Made by a program: the position numbers and the translations under genes
Assembly (NCBI GenBank): GCA_965219085.1
Contig: OZ244720.1
Coordinates: forward strand, 1,152,001-1,216,000
Origin: Dehalococcoidia bacterium
GTDB taxonomy: Bacteria; Chloroflexota; Dehalococcoidia; UBA2979
Direction of reading: 5' to 3'
Length of the DNA stretch: 64,000 nt
Shown: piece by piece, positions 55,850 to 64,000 of the stretch
Numbering within the stretch: the first letter of the stretch is position 1
Layout: each line of letters begins with the position of its first letter
Notes under the pieces: model-generated
Seen by the model: the letters and a program-made list of their open reading frames with translations, nothing else
The model's database searches: none
Told to the model about the DNA's origin: nothing

Positions 55850-58366
55850 TCAGGGCACCGAAGGCTCGTACGTGTCGCCGATGTGCCCGAGTTCCTCGAA
55901 CCGCCGGTACTCCGCGTCGCTGAAGCCCAGCAACTCCCTGTAGACGTACTCGTTGTCCTCACCCAGCAGCGGCGCGTGGCGCGGCGCGAACTCCGGGATG
56001 GCGCTGCCGCTCCATGAGCGGCCGACGTGGCGGTACGTGTCCGTCTCCGGGTGCGGGACCTCGTGGAGGAAGCCGCGCGCCTGGTGGTGCGGATCCTCGT
56101 ACACGTCCGCCTCGGTCATCACCGGCGCGGCCGGCACGCCGACGCGCTGCAGGCGGTGCGCGATCCAGTAGCGGTCACGCGGCGAGGTCCACTCGCTGAC
56201 GATCGCATCGAGCTCCGCGCGGTTCGCGAGCCGCGCGGCCATGTCGGCAAAGCGCGGGTCCTCGATGAGGTCCTCGCGGCGCATCGACTCGCACAGCCGC
56301 CGCCACTCCTCCTCGCTGCGCACGGCGATGGCGACCCAGCGGTCGAGGCCCTGGCACGGGTAGGCGTTGTGCGGCGCCATCCACACGTCGTTGTTGCCCA
56401 TCTGCTCCCAGGTGCGGCCATTCATCGAATAGTCGAGCACGAACTCGCCGATCAGCGGGACGAAGTTCTCCGTCGTCGCCTGCTCGATCAGCAGGCCGTG
56501 GCCGGTGCGGTCCCGGTAGCGCAGCCCCATCGTGAACGAGAAGGCCGCGCCGGCCCCGCCCGCCGCGTCGGAGGGCACCCCGAGCGGGACGTACTCGAGG
56601 CTGAGCCCGGGGTAGGAGCGGATGGCGGGGTGGCCGGAGAACGCCTCCATGTGCATGCCCATGCTGCGCAGGTTGCGGTACGGCCCCTGCAGGCCGTAGC
56701 CGGGCATGCGCAGCATGACGAAGCGGGGGTTGATCGCCGACAGCCGCTCCCAGTTGACGTCCAGACGCTCGATGTTCTGCGGCAGGTTGTTCTCAATCAG
56801 CCCGTCCGAGACCGCGACGAGGCGCTCGAACACCTCCTGCCCCTCGGGCCGGGAGAGGTCGATCGTCATCGAGAGCTTGTTGCGGGAGTGGTGGTTGAAG
56901 GCGGACGAGCGATTCCACGGCCGCTCGCCGGCGTCGGCGTCGGGGTAGCCGAGGCCGGCCGTGCTCAGCATCTGGGCAGTCACGATCTCCGGCGAGGGGC
57001 GCGCCATCAGCCCGCGCGTCGCGTTGGCGAAGTGCTGCAGCGACTCGACGCGGATCACCTCGGCGCCCCACTCCGCGAGGTGCATCGTCGAGTAGGGCCC
57101 GGCGAGCACCACGGTGAAGTCGAGGATGCGCACGCCCTCGAGCGGGAGCCGCCCCGTGGCGCCTGCGGGCGGCACGGTCGGCGCCTCGCGAGGCGCCGGA
57201 GCGGGCTCGCCGAGCACCTCGGCGGTGTGCTCGCCGAGCAGGGGGGCGCGGCGTCGCGGCGGCATCGGCTCGTCGGGCCGGTACAGCGTCGCCGAGTAGC
57301 CGGGGTAGGCGAGGGGTCCCGTCTCCGGGTGGTCGATCTCCTGGAAGAAGCCACGATGGCGGAAGTTGGCGTCCTCGAGCATGTCGGCGACGGTGTTGAT
57401 CGGCCCGCCGAGCACGCCGTGCTCGATGCACGCCTCGGTGATCTCGGCCTTGGTGTGCGAGATCATCCACGGGATCAGGTACTGGTTGAACTGGTCGATG
57501 CGCTCCGGCTGCGCACGTGACTCGATGGTCGCCCACTCCGGCTGCTCCAGCAGCTCGGGCTGCTCGATCATGCGGATGACGCCTTCGAGGCGCACCGGCC
57601 CGCCGCTCAGCATGTAGAAGCCGTCGCCGCACGGGAACGTGCCGCTTCCCACCGCCGATGCCAGCGGCGGGCGCGTGCCGTAGCTGCCCGTGTACTGGTA
57701 CATCATCAGCCGCGCCAGCCGCAGGTCGATCGAGTGCGTGGCCGTCTCGAGGAGCGAGAGGTCGACGTGCTGGCCCTCGTCGCCGGCCTCGGCGGCGCGC
57801 AGCGCGAGCGACGTGGCGAGCGCGCCGACGATGCCGCCGTGGAAGAGCGTCATGTGGCCGGCGTTCTTGAGGGGCTCGTGGTCGACATCGCCCGAGGCGA
57901 TCATCGGGCCGCCCATCGCGTAGAGCGTGAGGTCGGTGACCTGGTAGTCGCGGTACGGCCCGTCCTGTCCGAAGTTCGTCATCGACGTCAGCACGACGCG
58001 CGGGTTCACTTCGCGCAGCGCCTCGTAGCCGAGGCCGAGCCGCTCCATCGTGCCCGGCGGGAAGCTCTCGACCACGGCGTCTGCGCCGGCGACGAGGCCG
58101 AGCAGCCGCTCGCGGTCCTCGGAGCGCTCGAGGTCGAGCACGACGCTGCGCTTGTTGGTGTTGAGGAACAGGAACACGGCCGAGCGCTCGGGGCCGGGCA
58201 CGTCCTGGTGGAACGGGGGCTGCATCCGCGCCGGGTCGCCTCCGGGCGGCTCGATCTTGATCACGTCGGCGCCGTAGTCGCCGAGCAGGCGGGTGGCGAA
58301 CGGGCCGGCCTCACCCTGCGTCAGGTCGATAATGGTCACGTCGTCGAGCGGCATCACGTCGGGCAT
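55850..58366 (-). CDS. Family III CoA-transferase, two fused CaiB/BaiF domains
   Basis: PLDDVTIIDL..AGP..GADVIKIE..NTNKRS and PLEGVRILDF..AGP..GAEVIRVE..RNKLS; APLLGE twice; GGAGG RBS. Confidence 0.93.
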   Translation of the reverse strand: MPDVMPLDDVTIIDLTQGEAGPFATRLLGDYGADVIKIEPPGGDPARMQPPFHQDVPGPERSAVFLFLNTNKRSVVLDLERSEDRERLLGLVAGADAVVESFPPGTMERLGLGYEALREVNPRVVLTSMTNFGQDGPYRDYQVTDLTLYAMGGPMIASGDVDHEPLKNAGHMTLFHGGIVGALATSLALRAAEAGDEGQHVDLSLLETATHSIDLRLARLMMYQYTGSYGTRPPLASAVGSGTFPCGDGFYMLSGGPVRLEGVIRMIEQPELLEQPEWATIESRAQPERIDQFNQYLIPWMISHTKAEITEACIEHGVLGGPINTVADMLEDANFRHRGFFQEIDHPETGPLAYPGYSATLYRPDEPMPPRRRAPLLGEHTAEVLGEPAPAPREAPTVPPAGATGRLPLEGVRILDFTVVLAGPYSTMHLAEWGAEVIRVESLQHFANATRGLMARPSPEIVTAQMLSTAGLGYPDADAGERPWNRSSAFNHHSRNKLSMTIDLSRPEGQEVFERLVAVSDGLIENNLPQNIERLDVNWERLSAINPRFVMLRMPGYGLQGPYRNLRSMGMHMEAFSGHPAIRSYPGLSLEYVPLGVPSDAAGGAGAAFSFTMGLRYRDRTGHGLLIEQATTENFVPLIGEFVLDYSMNGRTWEQMGNNDVWMAPHNAYPCQGLDRWVAIAVRSEEEWRRLCESMRREDLIEDPRFADMAARLANRAELDAIVSEWTSPRDRYWIAHRLQRVGVPAAPVMTEADVYEDPHHQARGFLHEVPHPETDTYRHVGRSWSGSAIPEFAPRHAPLLGEDNEYVYRELLGFSDAEYRRFEELGHIGDTYEPSVP

Positions 58367-58473
58367 TGCGAGGACCTCCGCGCGGAGTGTACGAGACGGG
58401 CGCGAGGGTACTCCGCCGCGACCCCCGTTTGCAGCGGTTGCCACGTTGCCACATCACGGCTATCGAGGGGCCC

Positions 58474-60227
58474 TCACTCTGGGAAGTCCTCAAGCAGTTC
58501 AAATGCCGGTCGAGCTGCATCAGTTCCGAGAAGGGCCAAGTTCAGCTCCGCTCGGGCAGTCAGTTCGAGTGGGCTCGTACCTTCGACAAACCAGGCATGG
58601 GCCAGTCGATCTAGGCCAGCTCCCACGAGGGGCGGTGCGGTTCGCAGTGCAGCTGCCCGCCCTTCACCAGAGACGCGGCCGCCGTGCAGAATGAGGTTGC
58701 GTTGTCGATACAGACGATTCAACGCCCCCGCGAGATAGGACCGTATTCGGCTGAGGGTTCCTCTGGGATCGTGCAGTACCTGGGTCATGCGATAGTACGC
58801 CGCGTCGTCAACTGGCCCGCGGCCATGTAGAGACGCCCCTCCCAGTATTGCCTCGGCAACAAGCCGGGCACGCCCCAGATTGTCCGCCTCTTCAGAAAGC
58901 CTGCGGGCAAGGTTATCTGACGCGCCGTTCTGGTGTTGGTAGGCAAGCGTTGTCAGTTCCGCTCGCGAGAAGGAACACGTGACGACGGAAGCGAGTCGGG
59001 CAGCAACAATACCTCTCGCCTCCCGAGGCGCCGTGAGGAGGGACTCGACTGCGGCCCAACCTCCGCTGATAGCAGCGGCGCGGGGGCCACTTGCGAGCGG
59101 CTGCGCGAGTTGAAGTGCGTCATCAAGCCTGAGTGCGGTCTCGTTGTCGTCGAGGGGAGCGTACAGCCGCGTCTCCCGTTCTAGAGCGCCGATTTCGATC
59201 TGACGACGCTCGTCGGCGAATGGGATTCCTCTAGCAGGCTGCTGAAAAAGTCTTCCCGGGCGGTCTCGGCCCTGAATCGGCTGATTGCGGCTCACGCGAA
59301 ACCCTTTGTTTTCAAGGGGTTCTTGTAGCTCCGCAGTGCTCCAAGCGCTCCGTTTCCGCGCCTTCACGGGTTTTTCAGCAGCCTGCTAGACACACCGTCC
59401 ACCCATGCAGTTCCGCTCGGGGCCAGCCTCTGCGGCGTTGCCAGTTCGACTCGCGCCGCCCAACGGTCGAAAGCCTCCCGCGCTTGCTCGACCGCAGCAT
59501 AGGGATCACGGGCCGTGACGTTGATAGCGAAGCCACCGTTATGGCGCACGCCGCTCGTATTTCCCACGATACGGGTCAACGACTTCGACATATCGATCGC
59601 AGAGAGCCATCCGGCAGGAGGGTCCTCCGCCGATATGCGTGGGACGGAGAGACATGGAACGAAGACCTCGAAGCTGCGAGGCGGTCGCCGAGCGAGGTCC
59701 GCAGCGGCCTCTTCAAGGATTTCGGAAAGAGTCACCGGACTGGATCGGGGGCTCATCCTGTATTGGAGCCACCGATGGAGATACGTCGCAGCAAATCCGG
59801 CCTCCAACAGGTGGCTCGCGACGTAGCGCGCCGCTCGCTCTTGGGTCTGTTGTTCGCTCCCTCTAGCAAAGGCAGCCCAGCGCTGAAGGTAAGCGTCCTC
59901 GATTCGCTCAGCGATCTCAAGGAGTTCATGCCACTCAACACGGCCCGCAGTGAGATCACCGCGCAGAAGGCGCTGTAGTACGCGACGCGTCTCCGAATCG
60001 CCAACCCCTGGATCAGGGCCGACGAGCTGCGCGACCTCGGACTGCAAGCGCTTCAGCGATTCCTCGGACAAGACGGACTCGGACACCGCCGTCGAGGCCT
60101 CTGCGACTTCTCTGAGAGCCGACACGGTCCCAACATTCCAGAGGTGTCGTTGCCAAGGGGTGTATTCTCCCCTGAACTCCTGAAGGCGAGCCGCAACCGC
60201 GATCGTGGCCTGCGTGTCTTGAAGCAC
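58474..60227 (-). pseudogene. HEPN-motif protein (ApeA-like by architecture), 532 aa when restored, split by a MITE
   Basis: WAAVESLL and RLYRQRNLILHGG (RxxxxH); removing the MITE plus one CTAG gives WVDGVSRGIPFAD in frame; more AT-rich than flanks. Confidence 0.8.
59235..59385. mobile_element. 151-bp MITE with IS5-family CAGGCTGCTGAA ends
   Basis: Perfect 15-bp IRs caggctgctgaaaaa / tttttcagcagcctg; CTAG duplication at 59231-59234 and 59386-59389. Confidence 0.95.
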
Positions 60228-60228
60228 C

Positions 60229-60257
60229 TTGCTTTTGCTACACGGTCCCGAGATAAT
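60229..60257 (+). promoter_or_regulatory. Candidate sigma70 promoter divergent from the HEPN gene
   Basis: TTGCTT (60229-60234)-N17-GATAAT (60252-60257). Confidence 0.6.
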
Positions 60258-60262
60258 GAACT

Positions 60263-60316
60263 TGCAGATTCGCGAAACAGAGGGAGTCGCCCTTCGGGGC
60301 CGCTCCCTCTTTCTTT
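60263..60316 (+). ncRNA. Candidate ~54-nt small RNA ending in an intrinsic terminator
   Basis: Hairpin agagggag-tc-gccc-TTCG-gggc-cg-ctccctct (60279-60310) followed by ttcttt, about 20 nt after the predicted -10; no ORF in between. Confidence 0.5.
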
Positions 60317-60561
60317 GCGTTTGTCACCGGCGCACGCGCCCATATTGTTCGTTTCCGGGCTGATGTCGCCTCGCACGGCCCGTTCGCGACGTCGCGGAGC
60401 GGACGATACCCAACCACCATGAGTAGCCACCCAGCCAGTGGTCAAGGTCGCGGCTGGCGCCCGGCGTTGCCCCGCCGGCCGCAGTCTGTCTCCATTGCCG
60501 CGCCCGCCGCGCGGGCGCTACGGTCGCCACGCGAACGAACACGCACGGCAGGAGGGCTGCG

Positions 60562-61284
60562 ATGGCTGGACGGTTCGAGGGCAAGGTGGCGATCGTGACC
60601 GGCGGGGCGTCGGGCATCGGCCGCGCCACCGCGTCGCGGCTCGCCTCGGAGGGGGCGAGCGTGCTCGTGGCCGACCGTGACGAGTCGATGGGCGCCGAAA
60701 CCGTCGGGCTCATCGAGGCCGCGGGCGGGGTGGCGAGCTTCGAGCGGGTGGACGTGCGCAGCGAGGACTCGGTGGCCGCGATGGTCGCGACCGCGGTCGA
60801 GCGCTACGGCGGGCTCGACGTGGCGCACAACAACGCCGGCGTCGTCGACAGCCTCATGCGCATCACGGAGATGGGCGCGGACCGCTGGGACCGCATGATC
60901 GCGACGAACCTGAGCAGCGTCTTCTACTGCCTCAAGCACGAGATCCCGGCGATGCTTGAGCGGGGCGGCGGCGCGATCGTGAACACCTCGTCGGGCGCGG
61001 GGCTGCACGGCGGGGCGGGACTGGCGCACTACAGCGCGGCGAAGCACGGCGTCATCGGCCTCACGCGCTCGGCCTCTGACGAGTACGCGCGCGAGGGCAT
61101 CCGCGTGAACGCGGTATGCCCGGGCCTGGTCGACACGCCGCTGGTGCAAGGCAGCGTCTTCGACGTGGACTTCAAGGCCGACCCCCCGCAGATCGCGGAG
61201 GTGGTCGCGTGGCTGCTGTCGGAAGACTCCTCGTGGGTCTCGGGTCAGCCGATCGAGGTCAACGGGGGCGGCCGCGGCGGCTGA
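60562..61284 (+). CDS. SDR oxidoreductase
   Basis: TGGASGIG, NNAG, YSAAK, IRVNAVCPG. Confidence 0.95.
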   Translation: MAGRFEGKVAIVTGGASGIGRATASRLASEGASVLVADRDESMGAETVGLIEAAGGVASFERVDVRSEDSVAAMVATAVERYGGLDVAHNNAGVVDSLMRITEMGADRWDRMIATNLSSVFYCLKHEIPAMLERGGGAIVNTSSGAGLHGGAGLAHYSAAKHGVIGLTRSASDEYAREGIRVNAVCPGLVDTPLVQGSVFDVDFKADPPQIAEVVAWLLSEDSSWVSGQPIEVNGGGRGG

Positions 61285-61443
61285 GGCGACGCGGCGGTTC
61301 CTCCCGGCAAGGCCTTGCGGAGCCGTGTATGCTCCGCGACAACCGCCGTTGTACCTGGTTCCGGCGGCAACCATCCCGCCTGGCGCTGACTCCGGGCGAC
61401 GCGACAGCGGGCCCGCACGCAGTGGCCCGGGAGGGACTTCCCT

Positions 61444-63321
61444 ATGAGCGAGCACGACCCGGAGCGCTGGTGGGCGCCTGCAGTCAGCAGACGAACACTA
61501 TTGCGAGGCGGCCTGCTCGGCGGAGTGGGCCTTGCCGCGGCCGCCCTCATCGGCTGCGGCGGCGATGACGACGACGATGACGACGACGGCGCGACCACTG
61601 CTACCACGAGCAGTGGCGGCTCCACGACCACGACCACCACGACGCAGACCACGACCAGCAGCGACTCGGACGACGGCGACGATGCCGCGACGGACGACGA
61701 CGGCGGCGATGAGCCTGCCGGCGAGGGCATGTACGTCAAGGACCCGGATCTGCCTTACCCGTACCAGTTCCCGGAGCCGGCCGGCCTGACGCCCAAGCCC
61801 GGCGGCATCATGCGCATAGCCGCGACGTGGAACGTCGCCACGATGGACCCGACGGCATCCGCCGCCGGCGGCACCATCACCGCGCCGAACATGGTCTACA
61901 ACCGCCTGCTCGGCATGGTCGGCGGGCCGCGCAAGAACCCGTTCACCATCGAGCTCGAGCCCGAGCTGGCCTCGTCCTGGGAGCGCACGCCAGACGGTGG
62001 GACGTTCTCGTTCGTGATCCGCGACGACATCAAGTGGCAGAACGTGGCCCCGCTCAGCGGCCGCCAGTTCACCTCCGCGGACGCGAAGTACGCCTTCGAC
62101 CGCTACGCCACGGAGGGCGTGCACAAGTCGTACTGGGCGAACGTCAGCGCCATCGAGACGCCCGACGACACCTCGATGACGTTCCAGATGTCGAAGATCA
62201 CGGCGGACTTCATCCTGCCGCTGGCCAGCCGCTACCAGACGATCTTCCCGCGTGAGCTGGTCGAGAACGGCACGATCAGCGAGCAAGTCGTCGGTACCGG
62301 CCCGATGATCCTCGAGGAAGCCGAGGCGGGCAGCCACGCGATCTTCAAGAAGAACCCCGACTACTTCGAGCGCGAGGTGCTGCTGGACGGCGTCGAGTTC
62401 CGGCTCCGCCAGGACTACACGGCCCGGCTCGCCGGCTTCCGCGTCGGCCAGTTCGACTATGTCTACGGGCTGGCGCCGAACATCGTGCAGCTGGGGAAGA
62501 TCCTCGAGACCAACCCCGACATCCAGATCAACTTCACGCCGGTGGTGAACGGCACCACGCCCTTCGGGATGAACCTCTCCAACCCGAAGTTCGCGGACGA
62601 ACGCGTGCGGCAGGCAATCACGCTCGGGATCGACACGGCGTTGATCGCCGAACTGCTCTACGACAACGTCTCGAAGACGCTGCCGCTGCAGCCGTGGACG
62701 CTCGTCCTCGACGAGGAGCCGACGGTCGAGAACGGCAACCTCGGCCCCTTCGCGGGGCGCTACGACCCCGACGAGGCGCTGAAGCTGCTCAAGGCCGCGG
62801 GCGCCGAGGGGTTGGAGTTTGAGAACTTCTACCACAACTACTCGAACCCCGGTTCGGACCAGCGCGCCGAGATCATCGCCGAGAACCTGCAGAAGATCGG
62901 CGTGAAGATGGACCAGCACCACGTCGACTACACCGAGTTCAACTCGACCTGGGTGCCCGGCAAGCTGGAGGAGGGCTGCACGAGCTGCTGGCTCACCGTC
63001 GGCTTCGACGCGGACAACTTCTTCTACAACTCGGTGCACTCCGAATCGCCTGGCAACCGCTGGCGGCTCAACGACCCGCAGGTCGACGCCTGGGCGGAGC
63101 AGCAGCAGGTCGAGCTGGACCCGGACGCCCGGAAGGAGATCCACAGCACGATGTGGGACTACTTCCTGGAGAAGATGTACTGGCCGCCGCAGCCCGCCGC
63201 GATTTCGCTTGAGGTTTACCAGCCGTGGGTGCGGGGCATCCGCTTCGGCGGGGTGTTCCTCACGAACATCTCGTACTACGACTGGGGCGACCAGATCGCG
63301 GGGGCCTGGCTCAACAAGTAG
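61444..63321 (+). CDS. Tat-exported ABC substrate-binding lipoprotein (family 5)
   Basis: SRRTLLRGG..LIGC; acidic/Thr linker; LASSWE, GTGP, KNPDYF, RVRQAI. Confidence 0.92.
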   Translation: MSEHDPERWWAPAVSRRTLLRGGLLGGVGLAAAALIGCGGDDDDDDDDGATTATTSSGGSTTTTTTTQTTTSSDSDDGDDAATDDDGGDEPAGEGMYVKDPDLPYPYQFPEPAGLTPKPGGIMRIAATWNVATMDPTASAAGGTITAPNMVYNRLLGMVGGPRKNPFTIELEPELASSWERTPDGGTFSFVIRDDIKWQNVAPLSGRQFTSADAKYAFDRYATEGVHKSYWANVSAIETPDDTSMTFQMSKITADFILPLASRYQTIFPRELVENGTISEQVVGTGPMILEEAEAGSHAIFKKNPDYFEREVLLDGVEFRLRQDYTARLAGFRVGQFDYVYGLAPNIVQLGKILETNPDIQINFTPVVNGTTPFGMNLSNPKFADERVRQAITLGIDTALIAELLYDNVSKTLPLQPWTLVLDEEPTVENGNLGPFAGRYDPDEALKLLKAAGAEGLEFENFYHNYSNPGSDQRAEIIAENLQKIGVKMDQHHVDYTEFNSTWVPGKLEEGCTSCWLTVGFDADNFFYNSVHSESPGNRWRLNDPQVDAWAEQQQVELDPDARKEIHSTMWDYFLEKMYWPPQPAAISLEVYQPWVRGIRFGGVFLTNISYYDWGDQIAGAWLNK

Positions 63322-63508
63322 CAGGCACACCTCGGCACGCGAGCGGGCGGGCGGCTTCCGGGCCGCCCGCTCCGCGTCCACCGGAGGCCGCGCGAGAGAT
63401 CCATTCGGGTGTCGGGTGCGTATCCCCATTGCGGGGCATGTATGATGCGCCGCACGGCGTGCGCGATTCATCCCGTGCCGCGCACGCGCGAAAGATGGAG
63501 AGGGACCC

Positions 63509-64000
63509 ATGACCGATACCGAGCGTTTCGATCGCTGGTTCTCGCCTGCGGTGAGCAGGAGGACCTTACTGCGAGGCGGCCTGCTTGGCGGAGTGGGCCT
63601 CGCCGCGGCGGCACTCATCGGCTGCGGCGGCGACGACGATGATGACGACGACACCACCACCGCCACCACCAGCGGCAGCTCCACCACCACCACCACGAGC
63701 AGCAGCAGCTCCTCCAGTAGCAGTGACTCATCCGACAGCTCGTCGGCGAGCGATGACAGCGCCGATGACTCCTCGGACGACTCGGCATCCGACGACAGCG
63801 CGGCGGAGCCGGTCGGTGAGGGGATGCTGGTCCAGGATCCGGACCTGCCGTTCCCGTACCAGTTCCCGGAGCCCGCGGGCCTGACGCCCAAGGCGGGCGG
63901 CGTCATGCGCGTCGCGGCGACGTGGGACGTCGGGTCGATGGACCCGATCGTCTCGGCCGCCGGCGGCAGCATCACCGTGCCGAACATGGTCTACAACAAG
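63509..64000 (+). CDS. Tandem paralogous Tat-exported SBP (partial, runs off right edge)
   Basis: MTDTERFDRWFSPAVSRRTLLRGG...DPDLPFPYQFPEPAGLTPK...PNMVYN, highly similar to the preceding gene. Confidence 0.9.
   Translation, partial: MTDTERFDRWFSPAVSRRTLLRGGLLGGVGLAAAALIGCGGDDDDDDDTTTATTSGSSTTTTTSSSSSSSSSDSSDSSSASDDSADDSSDDSASDDSAAEPVGEGMLVQDPDLPFPYQFPEPAGLTPKAGGVMRVAATWDVGSMDPIVSAAGGSITVPNMVYNK

Noticed and set aside
58364-60522. Weak direct repeat (21/30) flanking the HEPN islet
   Set aside because: Similarity rests on GC-rich tracts and is too weak to count as a gene-end duplication.
61498-63987. Long antisense ORFs (e.g. 61498-63987, 46660-48348, 34207-35853, the 5' part of 11774-14407)
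   Set aside because: Shadow frames of high-GC genes with recognisable products on the other strand.

Overview
High-GC bacterial chromosomal segment. The gene content (Tat-exported peptide-binding proteins, a double-domain CoA-transferase III, FN3/cadherin surface proteins) suggests a Chloroflexota/Dehalococcoidia-like organism, possibly host-associated; this is inference only. A housekeeping/metabolic backbone is interspersed with about ten toxin-antitoxin or defence-like modules and many IS elements. Main observations: (1) An IS5-family element (50028-54359) is interrupted by two IS110-family elements 130 bp apart. In both, bridge/seek-RNA guide segments can be read from the non-coding ends and match the actual insertion sites. 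The IS1111-type element matches its site in the IS5 transposase gene perfectly, and an empty copy of that site is present at 28619-28633. (2) At least five cargo modules (TA pairs, a P-loop NTPase, an EEP nuclease, a small ORF) are flanked by diverged duplicates of a neighbouring gene's end with no integrase nearby, suggesting a recurrent integrase-free capture mechanism. (3) A 532-aa HEPN-motif gene is split by a 151-bp MITE and has a divergent promoter-plus-terminator candidate small RNA at its 5' end. (4) Also present: an alpha-2-macroglobulin without the thioester motif, a type IIG/IIL R-M gene with a compositionally foreign specificity region, a CxxC plus internal-Tat ORF at the left edge, and two divergent ORFs sharing one CATG. 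No rRNA, tRNA, CRISPR array or reverse transcriptase was recognised. All family assignments are from motif recognition by eye, not database searches.
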